Assembly (NCBI RefSeq): GCF_009914755.1
Contig: NC_060929.1
Direction: 5' to 3' (one strand)
DNA length: 64,000 nucleotides
DNA from: the human T2T-CHM13v2.0 reference genome, Homo sapiens
Shown here: positions 11,459 through 24,130 of the stretch, piece by piece
Layout of the letters: each line of letters starts with the position of its first letter
Numbering within the stretch: the first letter of the stretch is position 1
Program-made: the position numbers and the translations under genes
The notes under the pieces: generated by a model
Told to the model about the DNA's origin: nothing
What the model saw: only the letters and a program-made list of their open reading frames with translations
Databases searched by the model: none

Positions 11459-14090
11459 ACCTGACTTTCACATTTGGATTGAGAATCATTGGCTTTTATA
11501 CCTTTCTTGGTTTGACGTGCAATAAAGAAGCACATTATTTTAGCTTCTGGCTACTGTGAGAACATGAATTCTGTGATTCTGTGGGTTTTTTCTTTTTTCT
11601 TTTACCAGTACAGTAAGAAAAAAAAAAAAAAAAAAAAGCCATGCTATCAATCAAGATTCTTTTTTTTTAAACTTTCTCCCATGAACTACCACCATCAGTA
11701 TGAATTGATGCAACAAATGAAGAAATATTTAAAGACAGCCTCTCAACAGATTGTATCTCAGGTTAAATGCTAACTAATTATGTCTGTGTTGGGGGTTGCA
11801 AAGAGATTCTTAAAAGTATCTGTGTGTTGATCATCAGTTTTACAAAAACACCTATTTGGCTGAAATGGAATAAAATGTTTGTGGGTAAAAGCTAATGGCC
11901 AAAATGGTTGCAATCATTCATACTAGTTAGAAAAATTATGTGTTGAAATAAGTGGAAAAGTGCAATCCATCCACCCTTATGATTAACGTAGATGATTTTT
12001 ATACCTTTTTCTGATGTACCTCTTGACCTTCTCCTTCCCTTCCTACCCTTTCTAAGTATTTCCAGAAATACCTGATTTTGAATCATTCAACAGTAGAAAA
12101 AGAGGCATATTTTCATTACTTGACAATGTGGGATGGGTGCAATTTATTCCATCTTCACTAAAATAGAAGCAATTCCATAGGTACCATAAACCTATTTTAG
12201 GTACCACAAGGTGTCTTTTTACACAGCTCATTTGAATACAGGTGTTCTGAGAAGGGGTTTCTATTTTAAAATTACCATATCAAAATAAATGTGCCTTATT
12301 TTTTTATAAGTCTTGTTAAATCAGTGTCCATATTACTGTTTGGGGAAGGGGGAATGTTGTGGGGTCTGGGAGAGGGTGGGTACTTTCTATGACACATAAA
12401 TTGTGTAATTTTTGCCTGACAATGCTGGCCACATTCTGATCTGTTTCATTAAATTTGTGGTGATGTTACTCTAAACATTTTGACTATTTGAATGTACTGA
12501 GATGTCAGAAAACAAAACAAGGAAGGAAAATATTGTTAATTAAAATGTGCTGCTGCCAAGGAAACTGCAACTTGAAGCAAGGATTTTGTAAAATGCAAAA
12601 TCCAGCTACTGTTTCCATTTCACAGTAGTTAACTATATTAAAGAGAGAATGCTTTAAAATTGATCTTGTTTTGAAACCCACTTTTATGTAGCTCATCATG
12701 GTTTATCTTACTAAGGAATATGTTTGTTCATTCAGTTCTCAACTTTTGTATGTGCTAACCTTAAAGTGAAGTTCTGAGCCCATGTGCCATTACAGTGCTT
12801 TTAATAAAATTTATTTGGGATTATTGTTTCCTTAACATTAAAATAATAGCGACATTTAGACTATTCAATTTTAGCATAGAAAGGAGTCTTTGAGTATGTA
12901 CAGTTTTGAAAATTCTCTTTGAGATAATTGATTTCATATTCTGTGGCTTTCAACCTCCATTTACCTCTTGTCATTCCAACATCTTTATAGAGAAATAAAA
13001 ACCCAATTTCTCTTTCACCATTTAGTTTGATTATCATCTGGATTTTCACTCAAGATGCAGCTCCTAAGATTATTGTTATGTTAAATTCATAAACTCCTTC
13101 ACCTTTAATAATTAAGGAAACAATACCAGTGTTGATAAAGATATTACAAGGGGTAATTTCATGCAATAAACATGTACCGTAAGTTTTCTTCCACATATTT
13201 TGGGAAAAAACTAAAAAAAGAAAAAGGACTTCCTTTTTGTGGACATCTACAGATGTTAGGGTTGCCAGAAGCAAATCCCAGGAATGAGATCAGTATTTTC
13301 ATTGCATCTTAAATGTATAACCTTCCTGTGGGAGTTCAGTTTGTCTGTGGTTAAGTGGGTGTGCTTAATCATTCTCGAAATTGTGATCAGATGAAATAAA
13401 AAAAAAATCTTGATGCAATAACAGTGGTTTTGCCACTTCTGGTTGTTTGCGATGGATCTGTCCCATGTCAGTCTGGGGTTTTATTCAGCTTGTGTTGCTA
13501 CCAGCAGTTCACAGGTAAAGCAGAAATTCTCTTTAACCAGCAAGTTTCTGCTTTTTAAGGTTACTTTTAGAATAAATCATCAGGGAAACAGAGAGGATGC
13601 TTTGCTTTGGGTTGTAGTCAAAAACTGATTAAATAATTTAATGTCTCTGGCACACACTAAAAACCATACACTTCAGTTGTGATCTCAGTGGCATATTTAT
13701 TTGGTTAGGTTTCGTTACATTTATTATTACAGATGTTCAGTTGACCAAGTAGTTCAGTGTTTTCTTTCCTTTTTTTGGAAATTTTAGTTTGAGTTTGTGA
13801 CTGCAGTGTTCAAGAACTCAGCATCCTTGTTTTCTACAAATACTGATTAAAATAAAATGCTGTAAAATGTGATGTAAAACATTATCATGATCTTCCCATG
13901 CCTTTGTTGTACTTGTGCCGAAGTGTTTTGATATTCCTTTGTCTGGAAGAAAATGTTTGCTTTCATTTTGATCATTTTGTTCACCTTGGAATCAACAGGT
14001 TTTGATATTTTCTCTTGGAAGATTTTATATCTTTTTGGGAATATGTAATATAAGATCTCTAATAAAAGATAATCTTATCATGTACATGGT
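11459..14090 (+). other. MAN2A1: MAN2A1 3' UTR (up to ~2.6 kb)
   Basis: AU-rich stretch after the stop with no recognisable interspersed repeat and many AATAAA hexamers. The last is at 14061-14066, just before Alu sequence resumes. Exact end inferred. Confidence 0.75.
14061..14066 (+). terminator. Candidate distal polyadenylation signal AATAAA (alternatives at 11521, 11869, 12284, 12803, 13851)
   Basis: Canonical hexamer at the end of the repeat-free UTR, with an upstream UGUA element (14044). Confidence 0.6.
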
Positions 14091-14197
14091 CCTCTAGAGT
14101 AGTTCTTAATCCTATTTTGTAAACATGTATTAAAACATAATGAAGGGGTAGGGGGAGTAGTGAGGGTCTGTTCTTTGTTCCTTCATGATGGATTGGG

Positions 14198-14497
14198 TTT
14201 TTTTTTTTTTTTTTTTTGGACACAGAGTCTCGCTCTGTCACCCAGGCTGGAGTGCAGTGGTGCAATCTCAGCTCACTGCAACCTCCGCCTCCTGGGTCCA
14301 AGCGATTCTCTGCCTCAGCCTCCCAAGTGGCTGGGATTACAGGCACCCACCACCACTCCTGGCTAATTTTTGTATTTTTAGTAGAGACAGGGTTTCACCA
14401 TCTTGGCCAGGCTGGTCTTGAACTCCTGACCTCGTGATCCACCCACCTCAGCCTCCCAAAGTGCTGGGATTACAGGCGTGAGCCACCATGCCTGGCC
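14198..14497 (-). mobile_element. AluS-family SINE
   Basis: Poly(T) followed by a full reverse-complement Alu dimer ending ...catgcctggcc. Confidence 0.97.
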
Positions 14498-15005
14498 TGG
14501 ATTGCTCTTTCTTTAGTCCAGTTGTAGTTAGAAAATGTAGTTGTAGGGTGAAGATTGTAGATGGGTGGTGGTGAGTGTTACATCTGGGTTTGGAGGCACC
14601 TTTCAGCTTGAAGTCTAGGGACCTTCCTAGCACCTGTGCCCCACGGGGCCTTCTGAGCCCATTAGGAGGTAGGCAGATTGTGGTCAGATTCCATATATAA
14701 GCAGGACAAAGTTGTGGAGGGGAGTAAGCTCAGACATGAAGCTAAGAAGGTCCATGTGAGTTGATCTAGAAGGGAGGGTGGGTTGAAAGAGTCGGATCTG
14801 GAGGTACCCTCCAGCCTGCTGGCCCAGACTATTACACAGCTTCAATGACTTTAGAGGAGTCCCCTCAAAGCTGAGAGGCAGGCGCAGGTGGAGAGAATAA
14901 ATATTCAGGGAGGTACACATGGGTTAGCTAGGTAAACAGTACATGTTAACTAGGAAATCTGCACTTGGTTTGGATAACTTATGCAGTAAAGAAATAATCC
15001 ACTTA

Positions 15006-15309
<304 letters not shown>

Positions 15310-15649
15310 TTATGTACACACAGGAGTGTAACAATCTGTAGAAGTTAGTAAAAATAGGTGTCATTGAGAAATAATGAGACTTGTCTTTGGCCCCATAAAA
15401 TTAGATCATTAACATGTTAAAATAATTTGAGTATTAAAATTGGTAAAGAAAATTTAGGTGGGCATATGTTCACAATGCCTTTTACAAACCTTCGAATCAG
15501 ACTAACAAAGGGCCGTTATGATGTTGAAAAGTTGGATCACAGGGGAGTTGAAAGAATTAGCAAGTACTCTGTTACTACCACATATCAAAGCAGAAAACAA
15601 ACGTCTTAAGAGGTTGTAAAGGGCGAGATTTCTCCAATACACGCTAGAT

Positions 15650-16140
15650 GAAGCAAAAATAGGAAATTGTAACTATCCAGTAACTAATGTTCAAGGTAGA
15701 TAACACTCCAAATACAGCTATTGCCAGGTATGAGATGCCATCTAAGCTCTGTCTGGATCTCTCGGTTTTTCTTTCCCCTGAGTTGTCCTCATTCTTGGGC
15801 AAGGTCTGCCCATTGAATGGCAAAATGGCTGCCAGCAGGTCCAGACTGGCATCCAGACAGCTCAGAGACCTCAGTGGAAAGGGCACTTTTATCTACACTT
15901 TTGTCTAATTTTTTCAGCAAATGTCCTGGGATTAATGTCACTGGCTCTCATCTGGCTCATGTGCTAATGATTATGGCTAGGAGTATAGACTTAGGTTCAA
16001 CTGAATCACATGGAGAAATGGATGAGAAGTAGTGCCCCACCCCCAACCCAAAGAAAATGGAGTTCTACAACCAGAGAAACAGGAGTTGGATGCTCAGACA
16101 CTTTGGATACTAGGCAGGCAAAATACAGTAGGAATACATT
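15650..16140 (-). mobile_element. Old ERVL-MaLR (MLT1-type) LTR fragment
   Basis: ggcaaaatggctgccagcaggtccaga...cagcaaatgtcctgggatt...ggctcatgtgc motifs. Confidence 0.5.
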
Positions 16141-16391
16141 GCAGAGGAAAACCAAGTGGAGATTGTGGATTTAAAGGAAGCTGAAAGCAACACCCAGTTT
16201 GAGTTTCAGGAAAGGTCTCATAGAAGAAGTGGACTTGAGATAATTAATTCTTAGAAGACGAATTTGATTTTAGCAGGTAGAGACAATATGTGTCCCCTGT
16301 TAAAAAAAAAAAAAAAAAAAGCGGGGCGGCGGGGGGAAGACATGATAACAGCAAATCCTAAAAAACTAGAAGTACTATCTTCTGTCTGAAG

Positions 16392-16575
16392 CAGTGCTGT
16401 GCTATAAAGTTTTCTTTGATCATGGAAATGTTGTTTATACTTGCTCTGTCCAGTGTGGTAGCTACTAGCCTCTTTTAGCTCTTAAATATTTGAAATCTGA
16501 TTAGTGCAACTAAGGAACTGAGTATCTTAATTAAATGTAAATAGCAACACGTGGCTACTGTGTCTAGAGTGCATA
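16392..16575. mobile_element. MER3 hAT-Charlie element
   Basis: gatcatggaaatgttgtttata...gtccagtgtggtagctactagcc...ctaaggaactga...aaatagcaacacgtggctac. Confidence 0.8.
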
Positions 16576-16641
16576 GTTACGTATAATACATTAGTAGAAA
16601 GTACAACTGAAAATACAAGTTAAGGCCACATTTTGCTAGAA

Positions 16642-16802
16642 TCCTGCTAGTCAAAGTGTGGTCCTCATCCCAGAAGCATTGACATTGCCTGAAACGTGTT
16701 AGAAATGAAGCCTCACAAGTCCCACCCCGGACCTACTGAATTGGGATCTGCATTTTAACAAGATTCCCCCAAGAGTTCATGTGCTCATTAAAGCTGCCCT
16801 AG
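16642..16802. mobile_element. MER5A/MER5A1 element
   Basis: tcaaagtgtggtcc...gttagaaatg...ccccggacctactgaattgggatctgcattttaacaagattccc. Confidence 0.85.
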
Positions 16803-17049
16803 CACATTTTTCAAGAAGTCAGATCTCTGTCTTGTCAAACTTTTCTAAATAACTCTTAAGTCCCACCCTTACAATCTCTACTGCCTGAAAGCATCCCATA
16901 AAATCTGTGCACTTGTCCTAACACCAACCAATTACAAGCTATTTCCGGTCCTGCCCACTTCTAAAAAGTGACATTCAAAAATCTTCCTTGTTAAAAATCT
17001 TCTGTTTATTCTGGAAAAACGTAGACACATATTAACTTGGATTAACATA

Positions 17050-17570
17050 GAAACTTTTGCCATGGCCTAAAAGCCCTACCTGGCCTGGTCCCTGCCCTTC
17101 CGCGTATGTGAACTTTATTTTGTGTGTTGCTTAAAAATTTATTTCCTGACTCAAGCCAGTCTTGCCTTCTACCACTCTCCCTCTTACTGACAGTTGTCTA
17201 GGATTTTCTGGGTCTCTAGCTCGCCAAGATCATTCCTCTTAAGGGCCTTGCGCTTCCCTCTGCATCAAAGGCTCTGCTCTCAGACCTCCCTATGGCAGGC
17301 CTCCTCCTATCCTTCTCATCTTAGTTCAGTTGTCATCTTCTTAAGGCCCTCTTCTCTTGACCAGCCACATTATCAGAGTCCTACCTCCACTCCTTCACTG
17401 AGTTATCTCCTTTTTCTTACAGGAAGAGCCAAACCTGAAATTTTGTTGGTTTTACTTCCCCATTAGAATGTAAGCTCCTCTGAGGGCAAGAACTGCAGCC
17501 GTCTTGCATTGTATCCCCACGCTTGGAACAGCAGGGGTTCCATAAATATTTGTTCAATAAATGAATAGTG
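17050..17570 (+). mobile_element. L2 LINE 3' end
   Basis: ttagaatgtaagctcctctgagggcaag...tgtatcccca...ataaatatttgttcaataaatgaat. Confidence 0.8.
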
Positions 17571-17759
17571 ATTACCACCTGTAAATGTAGAGAAACAAGA
17601 ATTATAATTTCAGAATAAAAGGCTGCAAAATCCCTTACATCTAAATATTTGTTTGTTCATGTTATTTCCCTGCTCAAAACTCTCAGGGAATTCCCATGGC
17701 CAGTAAAGAATGTATAAATTTTCAAGCTGTATTCCTAATCCCCTCAAAGGATATGACCT

Positions 17760-18292
17760 TGTGGAATATACTGAAAGTTATTATCAACCAAAATCTGCCC
17801 CTTCACCTTCTTCCTAACAAAACTCTGATTTTACTCTCAAGTATCAGGTAGCCGTGGGTCTCAGAGGGGGAATCGTGGCTGGTCTAAATCGATCATGATA
17901 ATTTCCTTCTCCAGGCTGGATTATTGATTTAGGAATTGATATGTGATACAATTCTGGCCAATCCAATGACCTATCATGGAAATTAGTTGGGAGCTTCTGG
18001 GACAAGCCTCTTTTCTCCCTCTTAAAAAGGGGAGAGCATCTTACTCTCGCATGACCGTGTTCAAAGACAGCATTGGGTAAGTGTTGATGCTGGAGCTGCT
18101 GCAGCCATTTTGTAACCCTGCAGGGAAAGCCTGAGGACAGAAGTCAACTGGATAAGTAGAGCCTTGGTCCCTGATGATGCTGAGCTGGTGAATGAACCAA
18201 TTCCAATTTTCTCGTTGTATGAAGTAATAACTCACTTGAGTATTTGGAGTTTAGTGTTACGTGACAAAGAGCTAAAAGCATTTAAACCAATG
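17760..18292 (+). mobile_element. MLT1-type MaLR solo LTR (MLT1J/K-like)
   Basis: gatgctggagctgctgcagccattttgtaacc...tggtccctgatgatgctgagctg...gctaaaagcatttaaac. Confidence 0.65.
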
Positions 18293-19884
18293 CTCTTGGG
18301 TGTCACCACTGCCCCAGCACCACGCTCTTACTTATGTAGATGCTTTGCTGAATGAGTACATGTGGACTTGAGTGACTAAGTCCACTCAAGTGCACTTGAT
18401 TGCAGTCAGTCCCTTGGAACATGGCCTCTTACTTTGTCTCTCCTCCCCTCACCCCTCGCACATTCTGCTCAAAAATTTTAATAAACTGCACTTTATTACA
18501 CTGCAGTATCTTTTTTCAAACATAAGGTGTGTAGACGGGTTTTTAAAAATGCAAAGTGAACTAAGCATGTGGGTACTAGGGAAATGCCTGAAGATTTTAG
18601 AGTTCCTTTAGCATATACTCTGAGAGTGTTTTAATTCAGATGTGGAATTGGGGCTGGCTCCTGTGTGGCAAGATGACCCTTCCAAATGTCAACCAAAAAC
18701 TGGAGGTAGAGGGGAAGAATAAGTAAAAGGGGCTGAGGTGGGAGCAATGAGTCAGTGGCATCTAGTTTCTTTGAAGTATGTCAAGTAACTCTTTCAAGTA
18801 CTTTGAGACTTTTTCAAACATCATTGAGAAGCCGTCTGTGAATTTCTAAATCTACAAAGGAGGGAAATTGTAACACTGCTATTTAAAAAGGCCTTTTTTT
18901 TTTTTTTTTCAAATTTATTGTTTAGATTGACATTGTAGAAGGGCCTATTTTACGGGCTTTACATGTAGACTTGAGTTCTTGGCTCCCAGTTTTTTAAATT
19001 CACAGTTTAGCCTTAGGACTCATTTTCTGATCTCAGAGCTAAATGACAGTGCTAGCAAGCAAGATGTACCTATAGGGTCTGGATGTGTGAAACACCAGTA
19101 AAATAAAATGGAACCCTCACCGGTTGGCTTTCAAAGCTTGATCTGAAGTTGAGGGTAGGTCTTTGTTTGGTCTGAAACTCCCTCCTAGAACTGGAGACTC
19201 AGAGCCTTTGTGTTTCTTGGGATGGATTTTTCAGCCATATGCAGGACTGAAATAATTTCGGACCAGCTATATGGAAGTGAGTGTTCCAGAAAAATCATGT
19301 GAGTCATTCATTCACGTATTCATCTTCCTAAATGAATTTTCTAAGTGCAGGTAATAAGATTACTTTGAGGTTAAAATATATTTTCTTAAGTAAAATCTGC
19401 AAATTCATCCTTACGGAATTTGTGGGGTACCTTTAAGAGGAGCCTGAAGGCAATCGGTTTTCACTTTTGCATTGTGCCATCAATGAACATTAACTGAATT
19501 TATCATTTAAGCAGGGCAGTTGTGCCAGGCTCTGAGAGAGGGGGATTCTAATAATCCTGCCCTCCTATTAATAAGGGAGATAAATCCCAGTGCAGTTAAG
19601 GTGCCAGAAGATGAGAGCAAGAGGGTCACATTAGTGGCACAAATGACAAATCCTCTGGGAGTACAGAGGAAGGAGCCTTTCCTTCCATCTGGAATGATGA
19701 GGAGGGAAGGCAAGGAGGTAGGAGAATTAGAGCTGAGCCTGAAGGATAAGTGTATCACCAACTGGGTGTGTGAGAGGAGGGTGACTTGAAACCAACAGCA
19801 CAAAGGCAAGAAATCTCATTTCTCATAGAAGTTTCATGAAGGGAAATTATTGGAAGTTTGGCTGGAAGTGTTTTTGATTAAAGA

Positions 19885-20030
19885 CTGCCATCCGCATGTA
19901 GATCTGTGGCTGCCTTATGGCTGCAAAGGCAGATTGAGTAGTTTTGATAGAGACTGTGTGGCCTGCAAAGCTGAACATATTTACTAATGTTCCTTTACAG
20001 AAGAGTCGCTGCCATCTTGTCTCTCTGTAG
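19885..20030 (+). mobile_element. MER58A-like hAT fragment
   Basis: gcagattgagtagttttgatagagactgtgtggcctgcaaagctgaacatatttact...cctttacagaa. Confidence 0.8.
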
Positions 20031-21295
20031 AGGTTGGGTTCTTAACACTATCCTTCCACTTCAGATGGAAGTCCTAAAGCTGTCACTTCAGGGAGTATTT
20101 TTATTACAAAAGAGAATGGAAATGATGCAACAGTAATGGAGAGAACACCAGATTGGGATCTGGTGATCTGGATTTCAGTCTCAAATTCTGCAAAAGTAGC
20201 TGTGGGACCTTTGAGGAGTCACTATACCTCCTAAGAACTCTTTTTCCTGGTCTACTGATTAAAGCCACACTGCCAACTTTCCAAATTAGAAGGTTTCCTA
20301 AACACTTTTTCTGGTTGCAAAAAACTATTTTAGCAGATGAAATAAAATGCATTTTAACTGGTTCTCCATGGCAACGCTTACAGCTCTTTCCAGTAACCTT
20401 TTGAAGTCTGACTTCTCCATGTTGTGCTTATGGCATCTTTGGGTAGATAGATATTTGGGGATGGGAAAAAAATGATCTGTTTAATGCAAAACTTACTTTG
20501 ATTTTGTTTTGGTTTTGTAAATGCCGGGGTTTCCTTTCCCAGAAACAACATAAACCTGAAAAAAAAGAACCTGAAACTTTATCTGGGGTGGTTAAAGCCC
20601 ACATTTTAAGAGTAATCTGAAAAATCTTGAAAGGATTACATGAAAATAGCTGAGTTTTGACCAGGGAACCAGCAACCACAGCTCATAAATGCCTTTGGCT
20701 TCAGATCAGTGTGGGGACCTGCAGAAGAGGAGATTCTCTTCAATTGAAGTACTAAGAGGAGAAATGTTTTTAGATCTCAAGAAATCTTAGTTTTTGGCTA
20801 TCTGTGGTTAAAAATCAGTCCTGGTGTATCTTTGCCCTGAAAGATTAAGGGAAAGAACTGCTTAGGAAAATATAATGACTGCTTGGTAAGAAGTGCCTGA
20901 GCAATGACTTCCACATAGGGTGGATTTGCTAAGGTGTCTGGCGACGGGACCTTCGCCTTGTTCCACAATGCGTCGTGGTGGTTTGAAGCAGGAAGCATGT
21001 GTAGTTTGGTGATGCTGTCTTGACTCTTCAATTTAGAGTATGAAGATTTGGAGTGGGAGCAGAGAGGAAGTAATTAAATGTATATCTTTTTAAAATACAA
21101 CCTCAGTCAAGTTTGAATCTGACAGAAGTTATGTGTATATTTTAGGAATAGCAAAATGTCAGAACTTCAAGCCCATCATTTGAGAGTGAGCTCCCATTTG
21201 GCTAATTCCACTGTGTCCTGTTGAGTCTCAGGTTGGTAAAGCACTGCAAGCACAGAGCCCGTTTACATTTACTTCCTCTTAGGATACAGGGCACA

Positions 21296-21750
21296 GGTAG
21301 CGACTTGAGTGGTGGCTCCTGAAAAGATATCTCCATGCCCTAATCCATTAAATCTGTGAATGCAGCCTTACTTGGAAAAAGGGCCTTATGCGTATGTGAT
21401 TAAGTTAAGACCGTGACAGGCTATCATCTGGATTATCTAGGTGGGCCATAAATCCAATGACAAACATCCTTATCGGAGGCAGAATAGGAGAAGACACAGA
21501 GAGGAGGCAACATGACCATGGCGGCAGCGCTGGGAGTGATGCGGCCGCGAGGTAAGGAATGCTGACAGCTACAGAAGCTGGAAGAGGCCAGGGAGGAGTC
21601 TACCCTAGATTCTCCAGAGGGTATGTGGCCTGGCTGATAGCTTGATTTGCAACGTCTGGCATCCAGAACTGTGAGAGAATAAGTTTCTCTTTTTTTCAAC
21701 TACCCAGTTTGTGGTAATTTGTTACAACAGCCTCAGGAAACAAATCTAGT
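21296..21750 (+). mobile_element. MLT1C/D-like MaLR solo LTR
   Basis: ctggattatctaggtgggcc...gaagctggaagaggccaggga...ccagaactgtgagagaataa...gtttgtggtaatttgttacaacagcc. Confidence 0.88.
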
Positions 21751-23413
21751 ACCCAGAATACATTCATCCAACCCATCCCACGGACCCTGTGGAGAAGCAC
21801 ATCAGAGCTTTCCCCACCTCCCTGTGATCTTGCCAGAGAATAAAGGGCTGAGGGACTGTGCTGACTCCTGATAGACAAGGTGGTGTGCCAGGATGACAGA
21901 GGCACAGAACTAGCCAAGAACCACTCTAGTATTGGATTCATTTGGCGGGACTACTTATTCCACCTGCTTGGAATAAAAACAGGAAGATGTTTTCATTGAT
22001 TTGCTTCCATTTACCACAGAATGTTACTCATCCAGTTCCAGTTGATTTGAGTCATCTTCTCAGGATGAAATAACTGGATACTTGTCAATAGTAGGGAATA
22101 TGAATAATTTTCACTTCTCAGAAACTTTTAATTTTTAGGGCACTTTAAATACGCAGATCAATTTGCGCTCTCGAATCTCACAATGACTCTGTGAAGCAGG
22201 TCAGACAGGTAAGATTATGAATCTTTTTAAGCTGTGCAACTTAAAGCTAACGAACAAAGCCAGATTGAAAGATAATTTTTCCTCATCCAGTGTCCTGCTT
22301 AACTGGCTTACTCACTCTGTGGGGAATGACTGACTGATTCAACAGAGAGTTGACAAATTGAAACCACATTTACCTGGAAATGTCCTTGCATGAGAATAGG
22401 GGGAAAAAAGTTTTAAACAGGAAAAATAGAGATACACCCTACCACACGCTGAAACACACGTATATTATACATCTATTCTGCCTAGAATATAATAAAGATT
22501 GCATTGCACATTGGTGGTAAAGAGGTAGATCACTCAATAAATAGTATAGTCTTCATATGGAAAAAATTAAATTGTTTATGTACCTTAAACAGATAGAAAA
22601 AAATTTATAGATTAGATATTTAATTGCAAATATATATATACATAATAGAAAAAATACAGGAAATGTGTTTTAATGACTTGGGAGTGGAGAAGGCCTTTCT
22701 ATGCATAAAATGAACTTAAGAGCTGCAAAGAAAAATAGACAAATTTGGTTATAAAAATTAAAAATGATGTGGTCAAAGATGCTATAATAAAGTCAACAGA
22801 AAAACAAAACAATATACAGTGGTAAATATTTGCAAAATATATGCTATTTATTAATTATATTCAGCAAACAGTTTTGGAGCACCAGATATGCACCAGACAC
22901 CGCGGTCAGTGTTAGGCATTAAGCCCTGAATAAGACAAGCAGTCATCATGACCTCATGGACCTTGCTATCTAGCCTGCATTAACCAAGTACTTTTGAGTA
23001 TAATGAGTATTATAAAGGTCAAGCTGGATGCAATGGGAAAGTGTGATGTGGATAAGTCTTGATAGGCAAGAGTTAGCATCTCTAAACAACTGACAGAAAT
23101 CAATGAGAAAAATATTAACCTAGAAAAGTTGAAAAAAGATATGTACTGAAAATTCCCAAATGAAGAAATAATAGTTCACCAATAAACACAGGAAAAGATT
23201 TTACCCTTGTGAACAAAGATATTCAAATCAAAATGACATGTAATGTTTTACCTATCAGATTACTAAAGAATCAAATGAGTTACAATAGAAACTGCAGGTG
23301 ATGAGAGGTAGGAACCTGGGCTTTCTCTCATTCTTTGTAGGAGTGTAAATTGTAGAAAATCGTATAATGCCTATCAAGACTTACAATTTAAAAATTGGTT
23401 TCTCTATTCAAAG

Positions 23414-23812
23414 TGTTATGGACTGAATGTTTGTGTTCCACCCCACAGCAAATTAATGTATTGAAGTCCTAACCCTCAATGCGATGGTATTTGGACACGC
23501 ATCGTTGGAAGGTAATTAAGGAGAGATGAGGTCATGAGAGTTGGGGCTTGCATGATGAAATTATTGCTCTTATAGGAAGAGACACCAGATTTTTTTTTTT
23601 CTTTTTCTCCCTCTCCCTCCATTCTATCTTTCTCTGCCATGTGAGGACATACCCAGAAGTCCCGTCTGCAATCTAGGAAGAGAGTACTCACCAAATCGGT
23701 AGGCACCTTGATCTTAGACTTTCAGCCTCCCAAACTGTGAGAAATACATTCCTGTTGGTTAAGCCACCCAGTCTTTGGTCTTTTGCTATCACAGCCTGAA
23801 CAGACTAAGACA
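23414..23812 (+). mobile_element. MLT1A-type MaLR solo LTR
   Basis: TGttatggactgaatgtttgtg...ggcaccttgatcttagactttcagcctcc...aagccacccagtct...gactaagaCA. Confidence 0.9.
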
Positions 23813-23910
23813 TTGTTTGTATGTGTGTGTGTGTACGATTTAAAAGCAAGTAACAGGAGAAGTAAAAAAAAAAAATGTAAGCACTGCAGTATCAATCAGA
23901 ACATTATATT

Positions 23911-24130
23911 GGGGATTGGCAAACTCTACAGCCCATTGCCATATCAAGCCCACTGCCTGTTTTGGAAATAGAAAATATTGGAGCAGAGCCATACTCATTT
24001 GTTTATGTATTGTTTCTGGCTGTTTTTATGCTACAACAATAGACTTGAGTAACTGCAACAGAGACTGAATGGACTGCAGAGCCTAAAATATTTCTTATCT
24101 CTTCATTTGTTGACAGTTTGCCAATGCTTC
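23911..24130 (+). mobile_element. MER58A hAT element
   Basis: ggggattggcaaactctacagccca...cagagactgaatggactgcagagcctaaaatattt...agtttgcca. Confidence 0.85.
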
